A stretch of DNA of 64,000 bases from the human T2T-CHM13v2.0 reference genome, Homo sapiens: assembly GCF_009914755.1 (NCBI RefSeq), contig NC_060933.1; one strand, 5' to 3'. Of this stretch, positions 16,740 through 35,759 are shown one piece after another. Position numbers and translations under genes: made by a program. The notes beneath the pieces were generated by a model. It was given only the letters and a program-made list of their open reading frames with translations. It made no database searches and was not told the origin of the DNA. The number at the start of each line of letters is the position of its first letter. Position 1 is the stretch's first letter.

Positions 16740-18480
16740 TGCCTCACACGCGGGGACGGCAGCTCGCAGACTCTCCCTGAAGTCTTCGGAGGAAGCAGGC
16801 GAGCGCCGGCAGACTCATAAATAAGGAAGGCTCTGTCCCCGCGCGGCCGCGCCACCCTCGCGGCAGAAGCCTGACTTCCTGCCCTCCGGCCTTCCGCACG
16901 CGCTCCCTCCGGGCCCCGCACCCGCACCCGCCCGGCGCGGTCGAATCAATTGCAGAGCAGTTTGTGTTCACCCGGCCGAGGTCCCGGCGCCCTCGGGGCG
17001 AGCGCCGACCCGCGGCTTCCAGGAGGCGAGCTCAGGGCTCCGGCCGCTCGCCGGTGACGGGGGAGCGCGGCGCGGGTCCCCGTCGGCGCCCACTCGCGGG
17101 CGCGGGCCGGACGTCCCCACGCAGGGGCGCCGCGTCCCTTCGCCGCTGTCGCTGCCGGCCGCCGTGCAGGGTCCCGGGGCTGCGCTCCGGCCGCCGCCGC
17201 CTGCTTCGCCGCGGCCGCCGAGGACCTGGTGGGAGGTGGAAGGGACAGCGCGTCAAGGCCAGCCTCAAAGTTAAGCCGAACTTTGCTGCGGGGGGCGCGC
17301 GGGGGCGGCGACGCGTGTGCGCTGGGCGCGGGCTGCGGAGCTGACGGCGCAGCTCTGGGCGGTCTCCCCGGAGGCGGTGGCCCCCGCCCCCCGCGCCCGC
17401 CCCGTCAGTGGCGGCCGCACGACCGCGCGCACCAGCGAATAATAGCCGCCCGTGACATCTCCGCTGATACCGTCCCGGACGGGCGGGGTGGGGGGCGAGC
17501 GGCTGCCGCTGCAGGGGGCGGCGAGCACTTGCCCTGCTCTGTCCCCACCGCCGCGCCGCCAGCGCCAGGTGCCCCTTCCCCACCCCGGTCCCTCCGGCTC
17601 CCTGGGCGCAGGGCCACCCACCAGTGCCGTCGGATCCGGCGGGCACCCCTTTCCCGGCTGGGGTCCCTCGGCCCTCGGAGGGCATAGTGCCCCCGCTCCG
17701 CCGCGTCAAGCGCCTCTGTCGCCCCTCTCCAGCCGCGAGCAGCCCCGGGTCCCCACGCGTCGGGCGCGCTCGCCGCTGCCGGGGAACTTTGGCGCGCACG
17801 CCCCCACTCGGGCGGCGCCGCCGACTCACCTGCCCCGGGGGCCACTCCGCTGGCCCGGGCAGCCGCTCTCCGGACGCCCCTGACCCGGCCGCGGGCACGT
17901 TCTTGGGGCGCCCCCACCCCCTTCCCCGGGCACTGTCCCTTGGCTCTACTGGAGTCTGGGGCCGGCGTGGGCGCCCCCGGCCCCCACCCTCCTCCCGGCT
18001 TGGGGCTTCGGGGGGGCGGCCGGGGGCGGAGGGCTGAGGCTCGGGGCTCTCTCGCCCCCACCCCGCGCGCCTCCTTTATTTTATGATCATTGTGAGCGCG
18101 CTGTCGCCGCTCAGCCCCGCCGCCGCGCCGCTGCCGCCTGGCGCGCCCCGCGCTGCCTCGCTCTGCTGCAGCATCGGAAAGGCAACCGGGTCAAACTTTG
18201 CAGAAACTCGGCCCCTGCGCCGGCCCGGCCCCCGCGTCCGCTCGCCGCCGCCGCCGGCCGAGCGCAGCCGGCGCACGCAGGGACCGCCGCCCGCTCGCCG
18301 GCCCCGCGGGGATGCAGGTCCGCAGGCGGCGGCGGCGGCGGCGGGCGGGCGCCGCCTCCTCCTCCCCGCCCGCCTGGCTCTCCACCCTCGCTCCCCGCAC
18401 ACAGCCCGCCCTCCCCCTGGTAATCCCTCGCTCCCCCTCGCTCCCTGTCTCTGCAGCTGCTCGGGGAGCTGAGCCTCTCC
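16740..18480. promoter_or_regulatory. CpG island / FAM78A promoter and 5' UTR region
   Basis: About 1.7 kb of extreme GC content with dense CpGs, GC boxes (GGGCGG/CCGCCC) and a (GGC)6 tract at 18325-18342, directly upstream of the FAM78A start. Confidence 0.9.
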
Positions 18481-21400
18481 TTGAACAAACGACATTTCCT
18501 TTTTGGCCAGCCCCGGGAATTCTGGGTAGTGTAGTTCCGCTGCTGTCTCGGGGCCAGGTGGGCTGCTCCCAGTGCCCTTTGAACTCTATGGACCAGAGGC
18601 TTTCTGGGGTTCGGAGCACCCGCAGAAGGGCTCCCTTGCCCTGGGGTTCCTGACCGCAGGGAGACAGTGGCTTGGTGGAGACAGCGCGGGGGCTTTGTAG
18701 GCTCCAAGGCTGGGAAGGTCGCGGGGAGGGGAGAGCAGTTTGGGGAGAGGTGGGTCCCCTCGAGCAGGTCTGCTGGCTGCCTGTTGGACCCCGGCTGTGT
18801 GATGAGCGCTGTACAGAGCATCATTTCAGCCACCATCGGCCTCCCTGTGGAGGGAGACTGATGATGTGCACTTCACAGAGCAGGCACCCAGAGCTGAGAG
18901 GCTAGGGGATTTGCCCAAGGTCCTTCCCCCCGTCCCCCCGCAGGGGTCCCAGTGCAGGGGCTCAAAAGGAGCATGAGGCTGTACAGCCATGGGAGAGCTA
19001 TGAACCCCACCCCTACCTTCCAGCCAGCCGTAGGGAAAGCCCAAGCAATTTGTGACATAAGTACATCTGGCAGCTACATTAAAGCCACGCTCTTCGTCCC
19101 CACCCCATCCCCATGACTCTGACTTCCACAGGTGCCCACAGCCGGCACAGGGCAGGTGCTTCCAGCCAGTCCCAGAGCCGGAGCACGCTGAGTGTGTGAG
19201 GGCAGGGCTGGAGGGACCGAGGGGCTGGCCACTCTTGGATCTCTCCTTTGAGGGGTTAACAACCAGGACATCTCACAGCAGCACCGGCTCAGCCATGGAG
19301 CAGGAAGTGGCTGGCTAGGGTGGCCTCCGCCTCTCACCCAGCCACACCCTCACCCCAGCACTGCTATGGCCCGTATCCCCAGCTAATGAGGAGGTGGTCC
19401 CTTTCCAGTTCAGCTAGTAGGTGGCTTATTCCTAGTCCCACTGACTCGGGCCAAGGCAGGGCCACAGAGATGGCCCCCTTGGCCTGTTGGACACAGTAGA
19501 ACCCCAGACAGCACACAGATTACATCAGGGCTCTACATAAATGTCCATTTCCAGGAAGAAGTCTTCTCTGGCCTCTTCACCATGTGAAATGGCCTCTCCC
19601 TTCCATGAACTAATGGCCCCCACAAAACCTTCTGTCCCTCTGACAGTCACAGGGCCTTCTGCACCTCTTGTGCCATCAGATAATTACTGCACTACCCAGT
19701 TTATATGTAGGGACGATATTCACTTTTGAGATGTCTGTTTCATTTCCCGACTCTCATCACCCCGACAGCCTGGCCAGGGTGCTCTGTGAGGGTAGGAATG
19801 CTATCCTGGAAATGAGGTGACAAGTTCAAGTGCTCAATGAACAGGGCCAGAGCTGCACGTCCCTCTCGTGGAAAGGACAGGGACCAGAGCCCTGAACCGC
19901 CTTGTGAGCAGTGAAGCTGCTGGAGGTGATTTCCCGGGGGTGGGCTCTCTTCAAGGCCAGCTGGGAGTGACAGTGCCCCGCCCCCTCCGTCCTGGGCTCC
20001 GCCTGGGTTTGTAAAGCACCCACTGTGTGTCAGGCGTTACATTGAGCAGGCACTGTCTCTTCTATCCTTGACCTTAGCCCTAGGCAGTGGGCTCCACAGA
20101 TAGAGAAACCCAAAAACCCAGGGATCAGGGGATAGAGACTTCTCAGAGGCTGGATGCCAGCTCCGATCTGACCAGCTCCAAAGCCCACATTCAGCTTCTT
20201 CACCAAGCACACCCCACTTGCTAGCCAGGGCCAGCCCCTCAGAACTAGGATGGGACTGATCACTAGGAAGTCCTACCAGCAGAGGTGTGTGGGCGCCCAC
20301 ATGGTGAGGACTTGCAAAGTAGAAGACCCCTCTCCCTTAACCTGCTCCCCCTTGACATCACCCCTGCACAGGATGTCATCTCAGTCTGCAGGAGAAGGGA
20401 CCAGGAAGCATCAGTCCATGGGCCTGTTTGCCGGCTTTGAGCTGGGGGGCAGCTCTGCCAGGCAGAGGGTGTGAATGGGCTCGGCTCCTGCATGCACTCC
20501 CTGCCCTGGCTTCTGAAGCGCCCACCAGGGTTCTGGTGGCTTCCCCAGCTCGCGGCCCCTCCGGCCCTGCCGCTTCCCTACACAGCCCTTCCTCCTGCTC
20601 GTCATTTTCCGGAGCTCCGTGGGTGTTGGGCACAGACCCACGGCAGCCTCAGCATATGTGGAAGGCTCATGACGCATCCACGCGCGTGTGAAGTGCCGGT
20701 GTCTGCAGAGCAGAGGAAGGGGACATCTGTTTGAGTCATTGCCCAACAGCACAGGGCACTCCCATTGCTCTCAGGACCCTTTCCCCTCCCCCAGGCCTCA
20801 GGCTCCCTGGACTCTGAAAAATGAGAAAGAGGAGGGGTGGGGAGACACGGCCCCATCCCCCACCCGGGATGGTGAACACTGGGATGGCCACTTGGGAGCT
20901 CAAAGTGTTGTCAGTGGGAGGACAAGGTCCTCAATTCCTGGCACATTGGCCCAGAGAAGTCATGAAAACCCAAAGCCACACAGCAAGTCAGAAGTAGAAA
21001 CAACACTGACCCTGCCAAGCTGCAGGGACCTGGGAAGTCTTTGGAAAAGAGACTGCTGCAGTGTCTCCTTGCAGGCATCACCGTGAGCTGGGGCTTTGCA
21101 CACAGCATCTTCATGGCTTTCCACAATGATCCCAGAACTGATCCAGAGAAACCCAGGGATCAGGGGTTGACCCGACCCTGTCATCATCCCATTCTACAGA
21201 TGAGGACACTGAGGCCTGGTGAAGAGGGAGGGGTGGATGGAACCAGGGGGCCTGGCTCTAAGACCCAGAGGCTGGATGACTGGGATATAGTGGGCGCTCT
21301 CACCAGCATTCCTTGCAGTATAGGGACCTTGTTTTCAGTGGCCACCAGAGACAGTCCCAAGGCTCTTTCTCTCTCATGGACCACTCTGCATTCAGAGTTT

Positions 21401-22299
21401 CAGCGGGTCCTCCAAGGGCTTGCCACCTTCAAGGCTGGGGTCATCAGAGGCCAAAAAGGAATCTCAAGAGAGGGAAAAGTTTTTGTTCTGCAGATGGAAA
21501 TGTTCGGTGCTGGAATTCTGTTGCCCTGGGAGACAGCGTTCTCTCCCCAACTGTTGGGGACCAGACCGAAAGCCAATGACGAAGCTTGGAATGTCCACCA
21601 GGGAGGTGGGTGGGGCCAAAGAGCCAAACAGGTGTCTGAAGGTGGGAGACATTGAGAGGCTAGGTGGCAGATGGAGGCGTAGGGCATGTCTGCATCCCTG
21701 ACCTGCCTAACTGGGACAGGGGGCAGGCTGAGCCTGGCCAGGGGAGTAGGGACAAGATCTCAGAGAGAGCTGGTCCAGCAGCCTCCCCTACAGGTGGGGA
21801 ACAGAGGCCCAGTGAAGTCCTCCAGGGAGGCTTCCTTCACTAGAACCCGGGTCTTCTGGCCCTGCACTCAGTGAGAGCGTCACTCTCCACTGAGGGCCAT
21901 GGTGCCGCATGGGTATGGCAGGGCATGGGACAAGGGATTGAAACCGCTGCCTGTGCTGGCTGCAAATCTGGAGGCTGGGGCCTTTTCAGCCGAAGCTCAG
22001 AACCACATGGCTTATAGGGCAAGTTAGGCTTGGGGCACCTGCCCACTGTTCCAGCTCATTCCTTCCCCAGTGTGGACCGGACACGTCCGCCGGGCCAGGC
22101 ACTGAGAAGATATAGCGGAGGAGTCACAGCCAGGCCCAGACAACAGCACTCACATCCCCTTCCCTGAGATGTCGGGGATAATGCCAGGAGCCATGAATGA
22201 GGGTATTGATTATCATCAATAATAAATAGGTACAGACTGATGCTCAAAATGGTTATGAGTAAGCATCGATGGCTATAAATCAGGAGGTATGTCGGTCAG

Positions 22300-22862
22300 T
22301 TGTTTCGATGTGTGTGTCTGCTGCTGAGCTGGAGGAAGGGTGCGTGCACCAGGGCTGTGGGTTGTGAGGCTGTGGGGTGTGTGTGCAGTGGGATAGGGCG
22401 TGTGGGGGCATGTGCATCTCTGCGTGATGATGTGAGTGTGCATCTCTGCGTGTGAGGCTATATTTGACAGTTGTTGGTGACTGTGGGTGTGTATGAGTGT
22501 GTCCATCTTGTAAGTGTATGTGCCTGCATGCCATGTGGGTGTGTGTCCATGTGTGTATGGGGTGTGTAATGGTGTGAATGAGCATATGTGGTATGGGTGT
22601 TGATGGGCACGTGCGTGCAAGTTGTGTATAACCGTGTGTGTATTGTGTGAGGGGATGAAAGTGGGGGTGTAAGGATGTGTTTAAGTGTGTGTTCTGGTTG
22701 TGTGTTTGGGTCCATGTGTGTCTGTGGATGAGGCCATGTGTCTGTGTGTCTGTGTGGGTGTGGGTGTGAACTGGATTGTGTGGTGAGCACATCTGTGGGT
22801 GTGCATGAGTGTGAGTGTGCAAGTGTGTCTGCACATGCGGGTGTGTTGGGTGTGAGTGTGGG
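22300..22862 (+). repeat. Degenerate (TG)n low-complexity tract, about 560 bp
   Basis: Continuous TG-rich sequence; accounts for the His/Thr-rich minus-strand ORFs. Confidence 0.9.
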
Positions 22863-22879
22863 GCTGAGTCCGAGTCACT

Positions 22880-23620
22880 GAGGCTGAATCGAGATCAGGA
22901 AGGGGCGAGTAGGGACTGTCCCTCGCTGCCCACCGAGGGTCCCAGGTAGGGCTCCTGGCCTCGCACTCCGCCCCCCGAACCCCCGCAACACCCTCCACTC
23001 CCCCTCTGGCCGGGCTTCCCCATCCTCCTGGAGGTTTCTAGGAGCCTCCAGCCACCGCCCTGAGCGCCTAAGGTCTTCCCCGCCCGGGGCGCGCGTCAGA
23101 ACGCACAGTCTCCCAGCCCAGGTCCGGAGGCTCAGGCAGCCCAACGCCGGCACCGCGGAGCTGCAGCGCGCTCAGCACCGCCCCGCCCACCCCGACGCCG
23201 CCCCTCTGCACCCGCTCACCACCAGTCCCACCCAGCAGCCTCCGTCCGAGAGGTCAGAAGCCCACGAGCAGGAGATGCCAGTGGGGGGACGCGGGCAACC
23301 CCGGCCGGGCCAGGGGCGCGCCGCCCACCAACACGCCCCGCGGTCCCCCGCCCCCCGCCGCCGGGGAAGGACGGAGGGGGCGGCCTGGGATCGGGTGCGG
23401 GACTGGGAGTTCTCCAAGGTGCTAAAATAAACCCAGCGAAGGATCAGGTTTCCCGACCAAAATAACCCAGGAGCGGCCTTAGAAATGCGAACTGAGAAAG
23501 CGATCCGGGCGGGAGGCGGGGGTGAAAAATGCTTTCCGCGGGGCTCCCTCGCCCTCCTGGCAGGGGAGCCCGCGGCGGACCCTCCCTCCTCTCCCCTGCA
23601 GCTGCCAGGCCGTTGGCCCC
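22880..23620. promoter_or_regulatory. Second, intergenic CpG island
   Basis: About 0.7 kb CpG-rich segment with multiple CCGCCC boxes, between the two genes. Confidence 0.75.
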
Positions 23621-23935
23621 ACCCAGAGTGGAGCTTCTCACCCACTCCCTCCCCTTCCTTTCTGCCGTCAGTCCCCCAATAGTGTCACAATAGTCCCCTA
23701 ACAGTGTCCCACTGGCCATCTTTGATGACCAGGTGTGTAGCAGGTTCGAGCCCGGCTTGGAAGTTGTTTCTACTATGAGCCAGGCACTGCCTGAGCACCT
23801 GGGTCCCACCAGTGAACAAATAGACGACAGTCCCCGCCCCGGGGGACTAGCCTTTTCCTAGCAGGACACAGAACCCCAAACACTCACAGAATAAAGAGGT
23901 GAGGCTATGCTGCGTCCGAAAGGGATATGGGCTTA

Positions 23936-27365
<3,430 letters not shown>

Positions 27366-29559
27366 AGGCTTGTGGGTTGAGGCAACCAGGAGTGTCTGTG
27401 GTCCCATCCTGCCTCCCTGTATCTGGGTGCTATAGTAGGTGGTTCAGGTTAGCCCACCAAGCTTGCTTGCTCTTGCTTCCCAGCTACCTGAGACTGTGAA
27501 CAGTGTCACCCCACCATACAAGGGAGAGGAGCAGGTCTCAGGGTCCTGGAGGAAGCCACCAAAACCATCACAGACAGAAAGAGCCCTTCACACAATCTTC
27601 TTGCCAGCCCTCAAAGGGGAAAACGGGCTTGGAATGGCGAAAGGATTTGCCTGGGGTCACTCTGGAGGTGGCTGAGCCAGGGTTTGAACCTGGGGCCATC
27701 CTACCCCAGACTTTATGTCTTAACTACTGCTGGGCAGGAGCCAAATCAGACCCCATGGCCCCAACAGTGTGAGGCCCATTGTGGCTCTCAGAACATGCCA
27801 GCAGCTCTAGCCAGACGAAATGCTGACACAGCCTCTGGGTATTAATAGCCCCTGTCTGGGCCGGGCTCCTGTGCCCCTCCTGAGGCCACCCAGGGAGAAT
27901 GGGGTGAGTGCTTGGTGGGGAGATGAGCAGATCAGTTCCCTGTGGTCCAGGGATCTGAGTCCAGCGGCCCTCGTGCCACCCCCCATAGGGACCACTTAGG
28001 AGCCGGACCCCTTCTCTTTTCAGCTTCCTGGCTCGAGGCCTTCACCCACTCAGCCTCAGCTTCCACGTCTGTAAATGGGGATATCACAGCTGCGTTACAG
28101 GACTGTCATTAGACTTTGTCGATAAGCTGAACACATAGAGAGCTCAGCACACAAAGAGCTTATACACGCTCAATATCCGTGCCTGGCGTGCACACTTCCA
28201 TGTGCGCCAGGTTCCAGCCGTCTAGTGTCCGGGATGAAGCAGCACATGTCATCATTGCTGCACCCAAGATGGCAGGACGTCTCGCGGCCACGACATCCCC
28301 TCTATGGCCGCACAGTCTGAGTGGAGCACGCTGGAGAGGAAGAGTGGGGAATGAGGCAGGTCTAGCCTGCTCCAGCCCAGCTGGACCCAGCCAGGGCGTC
28401 TGCAGGGAACCCCAGACTGAAGGCTCCTGGACTCTGGCCTCATCCCTGCCAGGAAAGGGGTGGAGGCCAGACCACAGGGTTGGGCCCTTCTGAAGCGGGC
28501 ACTCAAAAGGAAGAGACGGCTGTGCCTCGTTTGTCAAATGAAATCAATTACTAACCCACAGGGCTGAAATTGATTCCTAACTCACTCTGCAGCAGGGACT
28601 CAGCTCAGCGTTTCACAAACACTGTCTCACCCGGACTCACGAGAGCCCTAAGAGGTGGACACTGTCATTCCCATGCGACAGGTGGAAACACCAAGGCCCA
28701 GGGAGGCCAAGTGAGTTGCTCAAGGTCTCCCAGCTGGTTGATGGCGGGGCAGAGCCCCGTCTGTCTGACTCCAGAGCCTGGGTGCCCATCCCCCATGGCC
28801 AGGGAACACCCACTCCCTCCCAGGGCAGCTTCCTGTTCTTGGGAGGCTCTAGGTGGGCCTGAGGCACCGTGGGCTGGCTCCATGGTTGGAAGAGAAGTTG
28901 CAGCCCCCTGCCTTCATCTGGGCGAGCAGACAGGCCTTGGCCACTGAGAATCAGGAGACGGAGGAGCTCACTTCTGACTCTTCTGGTCAGCTTAAATTGG
29001 CAGCTTCCCCCATCGAGCCCAGGCCCAATCAGCCCTAAAAGGGCTGTGGAGACTTCGGGTTCCCACAGGTGGTCCAGATGGGAGCAGGGATACCTCCCTC
29101 ACATCCGGAATCCTCAGCTGGGCCCTCTGGGTCTGCGTTCTGGGTTTGCAGCCTCTCGTCCCCTTGGGCCCCATGCAGCCACACGGGCCTCCTGGGCCTC
29201 CTGCAAGGCAGGCTGTCCCCGAATGGGACTCCCCCTTTGTTCTTCCTTCCTGGGGGCAGCCGTCCCTGATTCCCAGACCAGACCCAGAGCCCCCAGAGCC
29301 CCGCTTCTAGGATCCTGCCACACATTTGCACACCTGTGACCACTTACACGTGTCCTTCTTTCCATCCCCACTGAGCTGTGAGCTTTTCGCAGTGCGCCCA
29401 GCACTGACACACTGCCAGGCGCTCGGAAACTATTTACGGGTTGCCTGAAGCTGCTGTCACACTCCCGTCCTTTGCGAAGTTCCAGGTAGTGGAGGCAACC
29501 TCCAAGAGGCAATCCATTACCAACCAACTCATGACCCCTCCCTCCGGTGGAAATCAGAG

Positions 29560-30948
<1,389 letters not shown>

Positions 30949-31705
30949 TGAAGACAGAGGCCATTGCGGCCCTGTGAGAAGGACCTGCTCAGCAAAAGGC
31001 ACCGCTGCCCAGAGGCAGCTTGAAGGGAGGCTGGGCCAGAGGCGGTGGCCTCAAGGGAGACGGTCAGGGCTCTGGTGGGCATCCTGGAATGGGGTGTCAC
31101 TGTTTGACTCCTGCCCCACGGCTGAGGTCCTCGCTCCTTGACAGCTCCCAGCCAGGCTGTTCCCGTGAGCTGCCCCATGAGCACCTCCCGCCTCGGTTCA
31201 GGAACCGGGAAAGCTGCCCAGGCTTCTTCCCCAGGGTCTGGGGACCCAGGGAGTTCCCCTGGGACTGCCACCCACTCACAGCCCCCTGGAGTTCTTCCCT
31301 GCTCCTTCCCAGGGGGAGTCACTGGAGAAGGGTTCGGGGGGCCAGTTGTGGGTTTGTTTGTTTGCAAAGTCTTTGCCACCAATGTCTTGCAGATTAGCAC
31401 CGCCCTGTGCCAGGTGCCACGTGGGGCCCATGTGGAGGCAAGCCATTCCCTCCACCCAGAGGTGATGCCCAGCCCCCGTCCGGCCCACCCTTCGGGCACC
31501 ACCAGGTCCCCAAGGTGCCCCAGGAAGCTTCCACCCTCCACGCCAGGCCCGCATCGATTTCCTTGTCTTTCCCGGTGTGGCCATCATTTGAGGGACATGT
31601 GAGGTGGAGGTCTCAGGCAAGGCAAACATTAACAAGGGGTCTCAGTTCCAAAAGGGCATTGGGTTGGACCACGGAGAACATCAGTTCCAGAGGAAGTTAC
31701 AATAA

Positions 31706-32209
<504 letters not shown>

Positions 32210-34929
32210 TGATTTACTCCTGAATAAACAGTCTCACGAGGTTGGTGCCATTATCATGCCCATTTTACAGATTAGGGAACTGAGGTTCCTATAAATAAAG
32301 CAACCTGGCCCAGCCTCAGGGCTTGAGATTTGCACTGGCTCCAGCTGACACACAGGCCTCTGCTCTTCCAGGTGCTGTGCCATGGGCGTGGGAGGGAGGG
32401 ACAGAGCAAAGTGGCCGAGGCACTAGGCCAGGCGCTTCCAGGGGCAGAACCTGCTCTCATTATCCACAGTTTCACACAGGGCCACGTGGCTCAAGAAGAC
32501 TGTTGGGATTTAGAGAGGTAGGTTGCCTGCTGTCAGAAGATGGGGTGGGAAGGCATACACTCCAGTCTGTCTCTCAACCCTGCTCCCTTGACCCCATCTC
32601 TTCCTTCCCACCTTCTTTCCCCATGTGACAAGGGAGGTGATGAAGATGTCATTGGTTGAGTGCTTACCGTGTTCCAGGGCTTTGCATAAACCATATCATT
32701 ACTTCTGATCTTCACCATAACCCATGGAGCTTGGTGCTGTTATTATTCCCCATTTAAAGAGGGGGAAATTGAGGCATGGGGTGACGATGGTTCTAAGGTC
32801 CTGCAGCTAGTCAGTGATGGAGCCAGGAGCAGAACCAGGAGCAACTCTAGCTTTGCTTTGCGTTTTCAGAGGAGAGGGAGAGGGAACCAGCTCAGACTGT
32901 GTGAAGCTTCCAGCAGGGGGAGGATCAGAGAAGAAAGGAGGTGCATCTCAACTTACCCACAGTCAGTGGATGCTCTAGTAAGGGGGTGAGCTCCCCGTGG
33001 TAGGAGGTATGCAAGCAAGCTGCCTCACATCACCAAGTAAAATAGCTCTGCTTTGTTTTTTTTTTACAGGAATGTTTGCTTTTAAGAACATTTCCCCTGC
33101 CCCAAACATTGAAAAATTTGCAACCTACTTGTTAAGATAAGGCTTCAGGCTCATTCCAGCAGCCAGCTGCCATGGGCACAAAGCTGTTTGCCCCACAGGA
33201 TAAAGATGAAGATTTGAGTTGCCTTCCTCCTTGAACAGAAGTGATAGACATTTTTAAAAATCTTTAAAAACATCATGTATTGAGCTTTATTATGTACCAA
33301 AGACAATGGCATGAACGGCCTGTATTTTATGATGTAAAAAAGCTGTCGATGACCTTTCAAGGTAAATATTAATATGCCCATTTTACAGATGAGTAAACTG
33401 AGGCTCAGAAAGCTCAAGCAACTTGCCCACCATACAGCTATAAGCGGTAGGTTCAGGAAGTAAATCCAAGGCCCCGTGACTGCAAACCCCCCCACTCCTC
33501 GCTGCTCACCGTGGGGCTGCAGGTCGGGCATATCACCCGTGTTCACTGCACTCCTGGAGCGTGTGTGCTTTGCGGAGGGGAATGATCTGGGAGGAGGTTG
33601 ACTGTCTTCATATCCAGGTGTTGAGGCCATGGGGACATAGGGCCTGGCACAAGTCAGGCATTCAGCATAGGCCACAGAGCAGGCCGGGTGGGTCTGGGGA
33701 CCCCGAGGTCACTCTGTGGGGATGCCAGCCCAGACCTCGGCTTGGTGGGAGAAAATTGCAGCAAATGGCCAAGGCAGGCTCTAATCCTGCAGCTCTGGTC
33801 TGACCTGCCAGGAAGGAAGGTCCCACAGTCCCCTGCCCCGGGGAAAGCAGACTGCCCACTGAGCACACGCTGCAGGTTCCATCTGTCCTTTTGTCTTTGG
33901 AGGGCACCCTTCAACCCTGGAGCACAGGCTCTGGGGAGAGACTGGCTATTGTCCAGGTCCCTGCTCTGACCCTTACTTGCTGTACGCACATGCTCAAGTC
34001 AGTTCCTGTCTCTGAGCCTCAGTTTCCCTATCTGGGGGCTGAGGGGGATGTGGCAGGGATGTGAAGGGAGCTGGCAAAGCATTTGGCATGGTGGGTGCCA
34101 TGCCACACGGTGACATCACTGCAATACTGAAGGGGGAGGGAGCCCTACCTAGCCCTGCCCACCCGCTCTGGCCCCGTGGCACTCAGCTAACCCCCAGGGG
34201 CAGTCTCTGGGCTGGGAGCAAGACCTCCGAGCTTGCAGTTGGGACCTGGGTTCCACTTGGCTCTGAAGAGGCAGACTTGGGAGCTTGGGAAATGGGAGCT
34301 GCAGCTACGAGGCCTAGGAAGGGTCCTGCTGGGCCTGGGGAAGTTCTCTGCATGCTCCCTGCTTGGCAAGCAGTCCCATGCCCTCCCTGCTTGCCCCTCT
34401 CCTAGTGCACACTGTCAAGACTCTAGAAAGCTCAGAGCCAGAAGGGGTCTTAGCAGCAGGCAAAAGTTTGGACTCCACAGGCAGCCGGACCTGAGTGCAA
34501 ATCCCAGCCCCGCTGTGGGAACTCAGGCAAGTGACTTTGCCTCTCTGAGCCTCAGTTTCTTCATCTGTCAGGTGGGTTGTTGGGAAATCTCCCTGATGAA
34601 TCACACATGAAGTGCTTGGCACTTACTGATGTTGGTTAACGGTTAAGTAGCAATGATTATCATCATCATTATCACCGTCATCATTGTCAGAAGTCCAGGA
34701 CCAGCCTCCTGCCAGGTACCTTCCAAGCTCTAGATGCCTTGAGACCACCTGTCCCCTTCTCCCTCCCGAGCAGCACCCAGCTTGATGATCCGAAGGGAGC
34801 CAGGTGACAGGTGACAGGTGACCAGGCCCATCCCAGTTCACTAAGCCCATCCTTGTTTCCTCATGGGCCTGTCCTGTGGTGGGAAATGCCTCTGGTCTTG
34901 TTCCTTGATCTATGTCCTTTATGAAAGTA

Positions 34930-35733
<804 letters not shown>

Positions 35734-35759
35734 ATGAAAACTACATTTTTATGTCATTT

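Noticed and set aside
16964-18836. Many overlapping long Arg/Gly/Pro/Ala-rich ORFs, up to 288 aa
   Set aside because: Expected from stop-codon scarcity in a CpG island; no domain signal.
21041-21655. 204-aa ORF with signal-peptide-like start
   Set aside because: TTG start, passes through MIR-like sequence, no family similarity.
22273-22998. His/Thr-rich ORFs
   Set aside because: Translation of the TG/CA low-complexity tract.
23421-23431. GCTAAAATAAA as a MEF2 site
   Set aside because: Does not fit the 10-bp YTAWWWWTAR spacing.
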